Source: Gammaproteobacteria bacterium
GTDB taxonomy: Bacteria > Pseudomonadota > Gammaproteobacteria > Natronospirales > REEB76
Length of the DNA stretch: 64,000 nucleotides
Assembly: GCA_049591615.1 (NCBI GenBank)
Contig: JBAWFD010000078.1
Location: forward strand, 5,340 to 69,339
Reading direction: 5' to 3'
Shown piece by piece: positions 20,769 through 29,020 of this stretch. The translations under genes and the position numbers were made by a program. The notes beneath the pieces were generated by a model, which ran no database searches, was not told the origin of the DNA, and saw only the letters and a list, made by a program, of their open reading frames with translations. The stretch's first letter is position 1. Each line of letters starts with the position of its first letter.

Positions 20769-22748
20769 CTATTGGAGATACTTTTCCATCCACCCCACCC
20801 AGCGGTTATAGACGTCCGTAGTCTGAACGATGTCGTGTGGGAAATGTGTACTTTCCGGGTACGCATAGAACTCGACGGTCACACTGTTGTCACGCAGTCC
20901 GTGATACCACTCTTCGGCGTTGACAAACGGCACGTTGGCGTCGTCCACGTCACTCATAAGCAGTGTCGGCGCTTTGACGTTTCGCACATACGTGATGGGC
21001 GATTGCGCGCGCCAAATCTTCCAACCGGCATCGGTCCAGGGCGAGGAACCGAAGAAATACCGGTCGCCGGTTTGATAATAGGCAATGGTGTAATCCATTA
21101 CCCAATCGGTGAGTGGCGCGCCTGCCACTGCGGCTTTCCATACATCGTAGTGACCGGTCAGCCAGGTAGTCATGTAGCCGCCGTAGGACCAGCCGGTCAC
21201 GCCGATGCGCCTGGTGTCCACGATACGGAGCTTCTCCACGGCCGCGAGACCCGCCATCACATCCTTCCCCGGACCTTCGCCGGTGTCACGGTAAATGGCA
21301 TGCTGGTACTTGTCGCCCAGATTGATGCTGCCACGGTAGTTGGGCTGGAACACCAGAAAGCCTGCGGCGGCCAGCAACTGCGGCAGCGGTGAGAAACCCA
21401 CGGTCGAGGCACTTTCCGGACCACCGTGAATCACCAGAACTAATGGGTACTTTCGACCCCATTCATAGCCGACCGGATAGGTGAGCACGCCGTCCTCACG
21501 GAAATCATTTGGACCGTTCCATTCAATGGGCTGCGTGCGCCCGAGCCTGAGACCGTCCACAAACGCGTTCACATCGGTGAGCCGCCGCGGCCCGGTGCTC
21601 ACTGAATCCATGACGTAAAGCTCATCGGGATGCGTCGCGGTGCTGCCGACGAACGCAATCGCACCATGCTTCGCAATACTAATGTTTGATTGGACATTCA
21701 CGTCTCCGATATCGAGCAAACTCGCCTTTTCGGACAGGGGATCTTCCCACAACACCGAACGCGTACCGAGTTCGCCGGTTGTCACCAATGCCTTGCCGTC
21801 GGGCAACCAGGCATAGGCGTTGAAATTCCGTGCCAGCGTGGCGGTTGCATCGTAAGTCTTCCCGTTGACATTCACGTACACGGCATTGCCATTGTTCTCG
21901 TCGCCGTTGCGCGGCCGCTGAAATGCAAAATCACTGCCGTTGGGTACATACGTAAAAGCGATCGCACCCTGGGCTGAAGCCAGCGTACTCGGCGTGCCGC
22001 CGTTCACGCCCACCTCGGCGATCACAGAATGGAACGACGGACCCCAATACGGCACTGGGAACCGGGTAAACGCGATGCGCTGGCCGTCGTGGCTCCAAGC
22101 AGGTGGTGTCGCCCCGCCCTGGTCAGTATCCAGGCTGAACGTGCCTTCCGTCAGTTGCTTCGCCTTTCCGCCTGCCGCTGGAATCACCCACAGCTGCCAG
22201 GGTGCTACAGCATCCTTGAGCAGGAAGTTGCCGTCGGTCACCTGGAATACTTTGTTGTGTTCCTTGATGGCATTTTCGTTGAGCGGCGGGTCCTGGGCGA
22301 TAAACGCGAGCTGCTCGCCGTCCGGGCTCCAGGAATAGGCGTCCACACCCTGCTTGTTATCGGTGATACGCACTGCATCACCGCCGTTCAAGGGCATGAC
22401 AAAGATCTGTGGCTTCTTGGTTACCGCATCCTTGGCCAGGAATGCCAGACGTGTGCCGTCCGGCGACCAGCGTGATTGGGACACACCCTCGCGATTCCAG
22501 GTGAGCGCGTGGCTTGCGCCGCTGACCGTATCCACCAGGTCGATTTCCTTCTTATCCTTATCAGTCTTCCAGTCCGGTATAGATAAAATTACGGCTATCT
22601 GTTTTCCATCCGGCGAGATCTGCGGATCACTCAGGGACACGAGCTTCTGCAAATCACTCAGTTGGAATGTCGGTGCCGGTTCAGCGACAACGGCTTGGCA
22701 CAAAGACATGCTAAACAAGCAAAACAAAACAGATTTAAGAAATTTCAT
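20769..22748 (-). CDS. S9 family serine peptidase (prolyl oligopeptidase/acylaminoacyl-peptidase type), secreted
   Basis: 659 aa with a signal peptide (LFCLFSMSLCQAVVA), an N-terminal beta-propeller region and the nucleophile motif GWSYGGYMT in the C-terminal alpha/beta hydrolase domain. Confidence 0.85.
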   Translation of the reverse strand: MKFLKSVLFCLFSMSLCQAVVAEPAPTFQLSDLQKLVSLSDPQISPDGKQIAVILSIPDWKTDKDKKEIDLVDTVSGASHALTWNREGVSQSRWSPDGTRLAFLAKDAVTKKPQIFVMPLNGGDAVRITDNKQGVDAYSWSPDGEQLAFIAQDPPLNENAIKEHNKVFQVTDGNFLLKDAVAPWQLWVIPAAGGKAKQLTEGTFSLDTDQGGATPPAWSHDGQRIAFTRFPVPYWGPSFHSVIAEVGVNGGTPSTLASAQGAIAFTYVPNGSDFAFQRPRNGDENNGNAVYVNVNGKTYDATATLARNFNAYAWLPDGKALVTTGELGTRSVLWEDPLSEKASLLDIGDVNVQSNISIAKHGAIAFVGSTATHPDELYVMDSVSTGPRRLTDVNAFVDGLRLGRTQPIEWNGPNDFREDGVLTYPVGYEWGRKYPLVLVIHGGPESASTVGFSPLPQLLAAAGFLVFQPNYRGSINLGDKYQHAIYRDTGEGPGKDVMAGLAAVEKLRIVDTRRIGVTGWSYGGYMTTWLTGHYDVWKAAVAGAPLTDWVMDYTIAYYQTGDRYFFGSSPWTDAGWKIWRAQSPITYVRNVKAPTLLMSDVDDANVPFVNAEEWYHGLRDNSVTVEFYAYPESTHFPHDIVQTTDVYNRWVGWMEKYLQ

Positions 22749-22770
22749 GGGTCAGTTCCAGGTGAATGTT

Positions 22771-24219
22771 TTAAACCATCCAGAGTTTCATGAAGTCCGT
22801 GATGGTTGTAGCTTCCAGGCTTTTCTGATCCACACACAGACGTTTGATGGCTTCACATTGTTTGGTCGGGAAGCGGCCAGCGATGGCATCCTCGAATTTC
22901 TTAATCAACAGGGGGATGCCTTGGGCGCGGCGTTTGCGGTGGCCGATGGGGAATTCGACGGTGATGCGCGGTGTGCTGGAACCGTCCTTAAAGAACACCT
23001 GCACCGCGTTGCCGATATAGCGTTTCGCTGCATCGTAATAGTCACGGGTGAAATCCGAATTTTCCCGCACTTGCATGCGGGCACGCAGCACATCGATGCG
23101 CGGATCGGCTGCCACCTTGCCTTCGTAATCTTGCGCCGTTAGCCGGCCGAAGATCAGCGGTACCGCCGTCATGTACTGGATGCAATGGTCACGATCCGCG
23201 GGGTTATTGAGCGGGCCGGTCTTGTCGATGATGCGCACGCCCGGCTCCTGGGTCTCGATGACGATCTTGTCGACTTGCTCCAGCCTGTGTTTCACTTGCG
23301 GGTGCAGCTGCATGGCACATTCAACTGCCGTCTGGGCATGGAACTCGGCGGGGAAACTGATCTTGAACAGCACGTTTTCCATCACATAACTGCCGTAGCC
23401 GCGCTGGAACTTGAAGGGTTGCCCCTTGAACAGCACGTCATAGAACCCCCAGGTCTTGGCGGATAGCGCCGTCGGATAGCCCATCTCGCCGGTGAGCGCA
23501 ATCAGTGCCAGGCGTACTCCACGGCTGGTGGCGTCGCCCGCCGCCCAGCTCTTACGCGAGCCGGTATTGGGCGCGTGCCGGTAGGTGCGCAGGGCGCCGC
23601 CATCAATGAAGGCCTGGGATACGGCATGGATGATCTGTTCGCGGCTGCCACCCAGCATCCCGGTAACGACCGCAGCCGAGGCTACGCGCACCAGCAGCAC
23701 GTGATCCAGTCCCACGCGGTTGAAGGAATTCTCCAATGCCAGCACTCCCTGGATCTCATGCGCTTTGATCATGGCGGTGAGCACGTCGTGCAGCGTCAGT
23801 GCCGGTTTGCCGTTGGTCTGATTCTGGCGCGACCGCCAATCGGCCACCGCCAGGATGCCGCCCAGGTTATCCGAAGGATGGCCCCACTCGGCCGCCAGCC
23901 AGGTGTCGTTGAAATCCAGCCAGCGGATCATGGCACCGATGTTGAAGGCAGCTTGCACCGGCTCCAATTCGAACGCAGTGCCAGGCACGCGCGCGCCGTC
24001 CTTGAGCGTGGCACCGGGAACCACCGGGCCCAGCAGCTTGGTGCAGGCCGGGTAGTTGAGCGCCAGCATGCCGCAGGCCAGCGTATCCATGAGGCAATAG
24101 CGCGCGGTTTCATAGGCTTCAGGACTGCTGATTTGGTAATCCAGGATGTAATCGGCGATATCCGTCAGTACCTTCTCGGGTTCGAGGCGTTTGGCGGATT
24201 TTGTATCGATGCTGCTCAT
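22771..24219 (-). CDS. prpD: 2-methylcitrate dehydratase
   Basis: 482 aa of the MmgE/PrpD family. Recognised by the N-terminus ([11 protein letters not shown]...[12 protein letters not shown]) and by its position in a prpB-prpC cluster. The first ATG is at 24219. Confidence 0.9.
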   Translation of the reverse strand: MSSIDTKSAKRLEPEKVLTDIADYILDYQISSPEAYETARYCLMDTLACGMLALNYPACTKLLGPVVPGATLKDGARVPGTAFELEPVQAAFNIGAMIRWLDFNDTWLAAEWGHPSDNLGGILAVADWRSRQNQTNGKPALTLHDVLTAMIKAHEIQGVLALENSFNRVGLDHVLLVRVASAAVVTGMLGGSREQIIHAVSQAFIDGGALRTYRHAPNTGSRKSWAAGDATSRGVRLALIALTGEMGYPTALSAKTWGFYDVLFKGQPFKFQRGYGSYVMENVLFKISFPAEFHAQTAVECAMQLHPQVKHRLEQVDKIVIETQEPGVRIIDKTGPLNNPADRDHCIQYMTAVPLIFGRLTAQDYEGKVAADPRIDVLRARMQVRENSDFTRDYYDAAKRYIGNAVQVFFKDGSSTPRITVEFPIGHRKRRAQGIPLLIKKFEDAIAGRFPTKQCEAIKRLCVDQKSLEATTITDFMKLWMV

Positions 24220-24241
24220 CAACAGTTCCCAATATTTTTAT

Positions 24242-24679
24242 TCACTTAAGTTGCTTACACATGCAAACCGCGCTGGAAGGACACAGCAGCTTGAACTCGG
24301 TAGTCGCCGCGATGTCCTGTGGCACGCGTTTGCGATCGAACCGGTGATAACCGTGAGTTGCAAAAAACTTCTCAGCCGTTGTGGTGAGTAAATATAAACA
24401 TTCGACGCTCTGGCTTTTTGCCAGGCGTTCGAGATTGAGCGTCAGTTGCGCGCCCACTCCGCGCTTACGGTCATCCGGTTTCACCACCAGAGAACGTAAC
24501 AGTCCAGACTTGCCATAGACCTCTATACCCACAGCGCCGATGATCTCCTGATCATCATCACGCGCAATCAAGAATCGCATTTTCCCAGGTTCCCTGATGT
24601 CATCGAAAGGCAATCCGGCTTCTGCAAGCATGCCACGGATAATAGCGATATCAGCTGAATCAGCTTCCGCTATGCGCAT
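24242..24679 (-). CDS. GNAT N-acetyltransferase, ArsN2-like
   Basis: Acetyl-CoA motif RKRGVGAQL and the C-terminal TTEFKLLCPSSAVCM tail typical of ArsN2-type GNATs. I set the start at MRIAEADS (ATG 24677-24679); the longer ORF would overlap prpC. Confidence 0.7.
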   Translation of the reverse strand: MRIAEADSADIAIIRGMLAEAGLPFDDIREPGKMRFLIARDDDQEIIGAVGIEVYGKSGLLRSLVVKPDDRKRGVGAQLTLNLERLAKSQSVECLYLLTTTAEKFFATHGYHRFDRKRVPQDIAATTEFKLLCPSSAVCMCKQLK

Positions 24680-24743
24680 GAGTCTTTCTGGGTAATCGTG
24701 TTGCGCTCCACAAGCGTGTTTTCTATCGACGCAGCGCGCGCGA

Positions 24744-25895
24744 TCAATCCCTTTTATCGATGGGGACAAATTTACGGTTTTCCGGCCCAGTGTAATTCGC
24801 ACTCGGGCGGATGATCTTGCCGTCGGCGCGCTGCTCCATGACATGCGCGCTCCAGCCGGTGATGCGCGCGATCACAAACAGCGGTGTGAACATGGCGGTG
24901 GGCACGCCCATCATGTGATAGGAGACCGCCGAGAACCAGTCCAGGTTCGGGAACATGTTCTTGACGTCGCGCATGACTTTCTCGAGGCGTTCAGCGACGC
25001 TGTACAGCTGCATGTCGCCGGCTTCTTTCGACAGGTGCCGCGCCATGGCCTTGATCACCTGGTTGCGCGGATCACTGATGGTGTACACCGGATGCCCAAA
25101 TCCGATGATGATCTCCTTGGCCTCAAGCCTGCGGCGGATATCCGCTTCGGCCGCTTCGGCAAATTCATAACGGCTCTGGATCTCATAGGCCACCTCGTTG
25201 GCGCCGCCGTGCTTGGGCCCGCGCAGCGCGCCGATGGCACCGGTGATGCAGGAATACATGTCGGAGCCGGTGCCGGCGATGACGCGCGCCGTGAAGGTCG
25301 AGGCATTGAACTCATGCTCGGCATATAGGATCAACGAGGTATGCATGGCGCGCACCCAGTCATCCGGCGGTTCGCGGCCGTGCAGCATGTGCAGGAAATG
25401 CCCGCCGATGGAATCGTCCTCGGTCTCCACATCGATCATGCGGCCATTGTGGCTCCAGTGATACCAATAGCAGAGCATGGAGCCGAGCGAAGCCAGCAGG
25501 CGATCGGCGATGTCACGCGCCCCTGCTGGATTGTGGTCGGCCTGCTCCGGCAGCACGCAACCGAGCGCGGATACGCCGGTGCGCATCACGTCCATGGGAT
25601 GAGCGGAGGCCGGCAATTGCTCCAGAGACGTGCGTACTACTTCCGGCAGGCCGCGCAGTTCCTTGAGCTTGGCCTTGTAAGCACGCAGTTCGGCACGGTT
25701 GGGCAGCTTGCCGTGGATCAGCAGGTAGGCCACTTCCTCGAAATCGCATTTGTCAGCGATGTCGAGGATATCGTAACCACGGTAATGCAGATCGTTACCG
25801 CTGCGGCCGACAGTGGACAAGGCTGTGTTGCCGGCGGCGATTCCGGACAAGGCCACGGATTTTTTCGCTTTGAAGCCTGGATTCGAATCATTCAT
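24744..25895 (-). CDS. prpC: 2-methylcitrate synthase
   Basis: 383 aa of the citrate-synthase family ([14 protein letters not shown]). It lies next to prpB. Confidence 0.92.
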   Translation of the reverse strand: MNDSNPGFKAKKSVALSGIAAGNTALSTVGRSGNDLHYRGYDILDIADKCDFEEVAYLLIHGKLPNRAELRAYKAKLKELRGLPEVVRTSLEQLPASAHPMDVMRTGVSALGCVLPEQADHNPAGARDIADRLLASLGSMLCYWYHWSHNGRMIDVETEDDSIGGHFLHMLHGREPPDDWVRAMHTSLILYAEHEFNASTFTARVIAGTGSDMYSCITGAIGALRGPKHGGANEVAYEIQSRYEFAEAAEADIRRRLEAKEIIIGFGHPVYTISDPRNQVIKAMARHLSKEAGDMQLYSVAERLEKVMRDVKNMFPNLDWFSAVSYHMMGVPTAMFTPLFVIARITGWSAHVMEQRADGKIIRPSANYTGPENRKFVPIDKRD

Positions 25896-25937
25896 GACAG
25901 GCGTCTCCTATTAATAGTGTGAGAAACATAGGTACAA

Positions 25938-26822
25938 CTATTTCTTGAACAGCTGGTCCAGTTTCTTCTCGTAACTCAGATAATCCAGTACCGCGTACAG
26001 TTCCTGGCGAGTCTGCATTAGATCGGTAACGTGCTTTTGCGTGCCATCGCGGCGTAACGCGCTGTAGACCGTCTCTGCCGCCTTGCTCATGGCGCGGAAT
26101 GCAGACAATGGATAGAGCGCGAGTCGTACACCGGCTGAGTTCAGCTCGTGGGTGGTAAACAGCGGGGTCCTACCGAACTCGGTGATATTGGCCAGCACTG
26201 GAACTTTGATCGCCTGGGTGAACTGCTTGAATTCCTCCAGGCTGGTCAGGGCTTCGGCAAAAATCATGTCAGCGCCGGCCGCCACGTATTGATGCGCACG
26301 TTCAATCGCGGCCTTCTGGCCCTCGACTGCATGCGCATCGGTGCGCGCCATGATGATGAATTTGGAATCACTGCGGCCGTCGACTGCGGATTTGATGCGA
26401 TCGCACATCTCGACCGCATCCACCAGTTCCTTACCGGGACGATGGCCGCAACGTTTGGCCGCCACCTGGTCTTCGATATGCAGTCCGGCGGCACCGGCGC
26501 GCAGCATGTCCTTCACCGTACGCTGGATGTTGAAGGCACTGCCCCAGCCAGTGTCGGCGTCCACCAGCAATGGCAGCTGCGTTGCACCGGTGATGCGGCG
26601 GATATCCTCACAGACATCGTTGCGGCTGGTGATGCCCAGGTCCGGCAGACCGAAGGATGCATTGGCGACGCCCGCACCGGAAAGATACAGGGCCCGGAAG
26701 CCGGCGCGCTCCGCTAACAGGACGCTGTAGGCATTGATGGCGCCCACTACCTGCAGCGGGCGTTCGGCATCGAGTGCGGACCAGAGCCTGGCACCGGCAG
26801 AAAGGGGCTCAGCCATGGGCAT
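25938..26822 (-). CDS. prpB: Methylisocitrate lyase
   Basis: 294 aa of the isocitrate-lyase/PEP-mutase family, with catalytic loop KRCGHRPGK and [10 protein letters not shown]. Confidence 0.92.
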   Translation of the reverse strand: MPMAEPLSAGARLWSALDAERPLQVVGAINAYSVLLAERAGFRALYLSGAGVANASFGLPDLGITSRNDVCEDIRRITGATQLPLLVDADTGWGSAFNIQRTVKDMLRAGAAGLHIEDQVAAKRCGHRPGKELVDAVEMCDRIKSAVDGRSDSKFIIMARTDAHAVEGQKAAIERAHQYVAAGADMIFAEALTSLEEFKQFTQAIKVPVLANITEFGRTPLFTTHELNSAGVRLALYPLSAFRAMSKAAETVYSALRRDGTQKHVTDLMQTRQELYAVLDYLSYEKKLDQLFKK

Positions 26823-26899
26823 CCTTGAGTTGTTATTGGCCGGGAGCGGGTCATTTTAGCGGTTTGCTGTGATAGCTGCTAACCGCCACATAGCCTTGT

Positions 26900-27925
26900 T
26901 CAAGCGATCTTTACCACGATCCGGCCCCGGTGGCGGCCTTCCAGTATCTTTGGAAATGCCATGGGCAAATCATCGAACGGAATCACACTGGCGGCGATCA
27001 GTTTGAGCTTGGGGGGCTTGAGGTCGGTAGCGAGGCGCTGCCAGATCCTGAGCCGCAGCGTGCGTGGCGTGGCTACGGAATTGATGCCCAGGAGGTTGAT
27101 GCCTCTGAGGATGAAGGGCATTACCGTGGTATGCAGCTCGTGGCCACCGGTTAGGCCAATGCTGGCGATGCTGCCCCACCAGCCGGTAGTGCGTGTCAGC
27201 CAGGCGAGCATCTCGCCGCCCACATTATCGATGGCGCCCTGCCATTGAGCGCGCTCCAGCGGTCGGCTGCCGTAATCGATATCGCTGCGCACCAATATCG
27301 AACCGGCGCCTAGCTGTTTCAGATACTCCTGGGCATCGGGTTTGCCGGTGATCGCCACCACCTCATAGCCGCGTTTCGCCAGCATGTTCACCGCCAGGCT
27401 GCCGACGCCACCGCTGGCGCCGGTGACCACCACCGGTCCGCCTTTGGGATGCAGGCCATTGTGTTCCAAGCGATGGATGGCGAGCGCTGCGGTGAAGCCC
27501 GCAGTACCCAGCATCATGGCACTCAGGGTCGTGAAACCATTCGGCAGCGGGATCACCCACGCGCCTTTGACGCGCACGTATTCTGCATAACCGCCATCGT
27601 GGTCTTCACCGACACCGCAACCGGTGACCAGTACCTTATCGCCCTTTTTATAGCGATGGTCGTGTGATGAAACCACCGCGCCTGCTACGTCGATACCGCC
27701 CACCAAGGGAAATCGGCGCAGAATCTTGCCCTTACCGGTGGCGGCCAGTGCATCTTTGTAGTTGATGCTCGAATACTGCGCCCTGATGACTACATCGCCT
27801 GCCGAAAGATCATCCAATGTGATCTGCTCGAAGACAGCAATGATCTGCTTGCCACGCTCATGAATACGGTAGGCGGTGAATTTGTTTTTCATGGCAGCCT
27901 GGATGTGCAACGGCATCCCGGACAT
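26900..27925 (-). CDS. YhdH/AcuI-type NADPH-dependent acrylyl-CoA reductase (MDR superfamily)
   Basis: SSINYKDALAATGKGKILRRFPLVGGIDVAG aligns with the YhdH/AcuI family and GASGGVGS is the cofactor loop. The start is uncertain: ATGs at 27925, 27916 and 27892, with homologue length favouring 27892 (MKNKFTAY). Confidence 0.8.
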   Translation of the reverse strand: MSGMPLHIQAAMKNKFTAYRIHERGKQIIAVFEQITLDDLSAGDVVIRAQYSSINYKDALAATGKGKILRRFPLVGGIDVAGAVVSSHDHRYKKGDKVLVTGCGVGEDHDGGYAEYVRVKGAWVIPLPNGFTTLSAMMLGTAGFTAALAIHRLEHNGLHPKGGPVVVTGASGGVGSLAVNMLAKRGYEVVAITGKPDAQEYLKQLGAGSILVRSDIDYGSRPLERAQWQGAIDNVGGEMLAWLTRTTGWWGSIASIGLTGGHELHTTVMPFILRGINLLGINSVATPRTLRLRIWQRLATDLKPPKLKLIAASVIPFDDLPMAFPKILEGRHRGRIVVKIA

Positions 27926-27947
27926 TATCCCATGGCCCAGGAACGAA

Positions 27948-27971
27948 AGACGCTCAGTTGCTGAAGCGTCT
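27948..27971 (-). terminator. Candidate terminator downstream of the OMP gene
   Basis: AGACGCT (27948-27954) pairs with AGCGTCT (27965-27971) across a 10-nt loop. On the minus strand it is followed by TTTCGTTC. A second hairpin, GGGCCG...CGGCCC, lies at about 27989-28009. Confidence 0.45.
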
Positions 27972-28052
27972 GTCTAAAAAGCGAGGATGGGCCGGCTGAC
28001 TGTCGGCCCGCATTACTCGAAACCCGGCCGTGATATCCCGCTCAGCGGCTCA

Positions 28053-28700
28053 TCATTCAGACAGCGCCTGGAAATACCAGCGCCCAGTCAGCGTCCAATC
28101 GGCGGCACTCTGCTGATTGCTACGTAGATAATTCAGGCCAATGGCAAACTGGTCGGTAAAATTATAGACGGCGCCCAAGGATCCGGTGGTCTCGGAATTG
28201 TTATGGTCATGGCTCACCAAACCCACATCGTTATGGCCTATAAACGCGTTGAGTTCCAACTGGTCCAGTACCATGGCACGCACGCCAGCGGTTACGTTAT
28301 AGCCGGATGCAGTATCGCTGGTGGCGACCGTAAAACCAGGGAACAGGCCCTCGGTGGGACCCTGTTTCCAGTGATCATTGGCATAAGCGACCGTCCCCAC
28401 AAAATCCATCGAGTCGCTGATGGGTAAATGTGCGCCGAAGGTCAAGGTGTAACTCGCGGTGAAAAACCCGCCGGTCTGGTAACCGCCGTTGTAGCTGTTG
28501 TGCGCGTAATCGGTAGCAAAGAACCAATTGGGATAGAACTCATAGCTACCGCCAAATGTGTAACCCTTGCCGCCGCTCAATTCATTAATGCTGCTTTTGG
28601 AATAACCCGCATACAGGTCATTGTAGGAGGGTCCGTCCGCGTTTGCGGTCATGGGTACGATTATCGCCAGTGCTGCTACGATAATTAAAATCTTCTTCAT
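28053..28700 (-). CDS. Outer-membrane beta-barrel protein (small porin/OmpW-opacity-like)
   Basis: Signal peptide MKKILIIVAALAIIVPMTANA and alternating aromatic/Gly-rich beta strands, ending ...WTLTGRWYF near the C-terminus. ATG 28698-28700 has GGAGA 8 nt upstream. Confidence 0.7.
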   Translation of the reverse strand: MKKILIIVAALAIIVPMTANADGPSYNDLYAGYSKSSINELSGGKGYTFGGSYEFYPNWFFATDYAHNSYNGGYQTGGFFTASYTLTFGAHLPISDSMDFVGTVAYANDHWKQGPTEGLFPGFTVATSDTASGYNVTAGVRAMVLDQLELNAFIGHNDVGLVSHDHNNSETTGSLGAVYNFTDQFAIGLNYLRSNQQSAADWTLTGRWYFQALSE

Positions 28701-28732
28701 ATACGTGATCTCCAAACTTATTGCGTGAATTA

Positions 28733-28750
28733 ACCCGGTTAGACCCGGTT
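28733..28750. repeat. Tandem direct 8-mer (ACCCGGTT x2, 10-bp period) upstream of the OMP gene
   Basis: ACCCGGTT occurs at 28733-28740 and again at 28743-28750, 33-50 nt upstream of the OMP start codon (28700). Confidence 0.5.
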
Positions 28751-29020
28751 GGTCGTGCGATGATGCTGATTAGCATATCTCATAAAGCCTTCAGTATGAC
28801 GGATGAGATGCATATCGCTTAAGGTATCAAGCGTAACCCTTTAAATCTCGCAATATATTTCCAGAGTGTAAGTAAATGTAATCATTCGCTGACAGCCCCA
28901 ATTGGGACTACATATCCCTTGGACTAACTTCATATATGCCTTTGACTTACTGCTTGGAATTCGGTTCAAATATCGGCGGGTATAAATTTCTATGTTGATA
29001 CGCTTGCATCGCAGCTCGAA

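Noticed and set aside
20684-20866. N-terminal 61-codon extension of the DUF6159-like ORF overlapping the S9 peptidase gene
   Set aside because: The extension would overlap the upstream gene by about 100 nt and encodes non-hydrophobic, Arg/Ser/Gly-rich sequence. An internal ATG (20683) gives a family-typical N-terminus. The same logic applies to 24680-24844 (GNAT ORF extension into prpC) and 63845-63973 (VOC ORF extension into hemH).
26823-26899. Sigma54 (-24 GG / -12 GC) promoter for the prp genes, as expected for PrpR-controlled operons
   Set aside because: The best candidates are TGGCGGTTAGCAGCT on the minus strand here and GGGATGCCGTTGCA at about 27905-27918 upstream of the AcuI-like gene. 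Both have GG-to-GC spacing one nucleotide short of the consensus, and no prpR is present.
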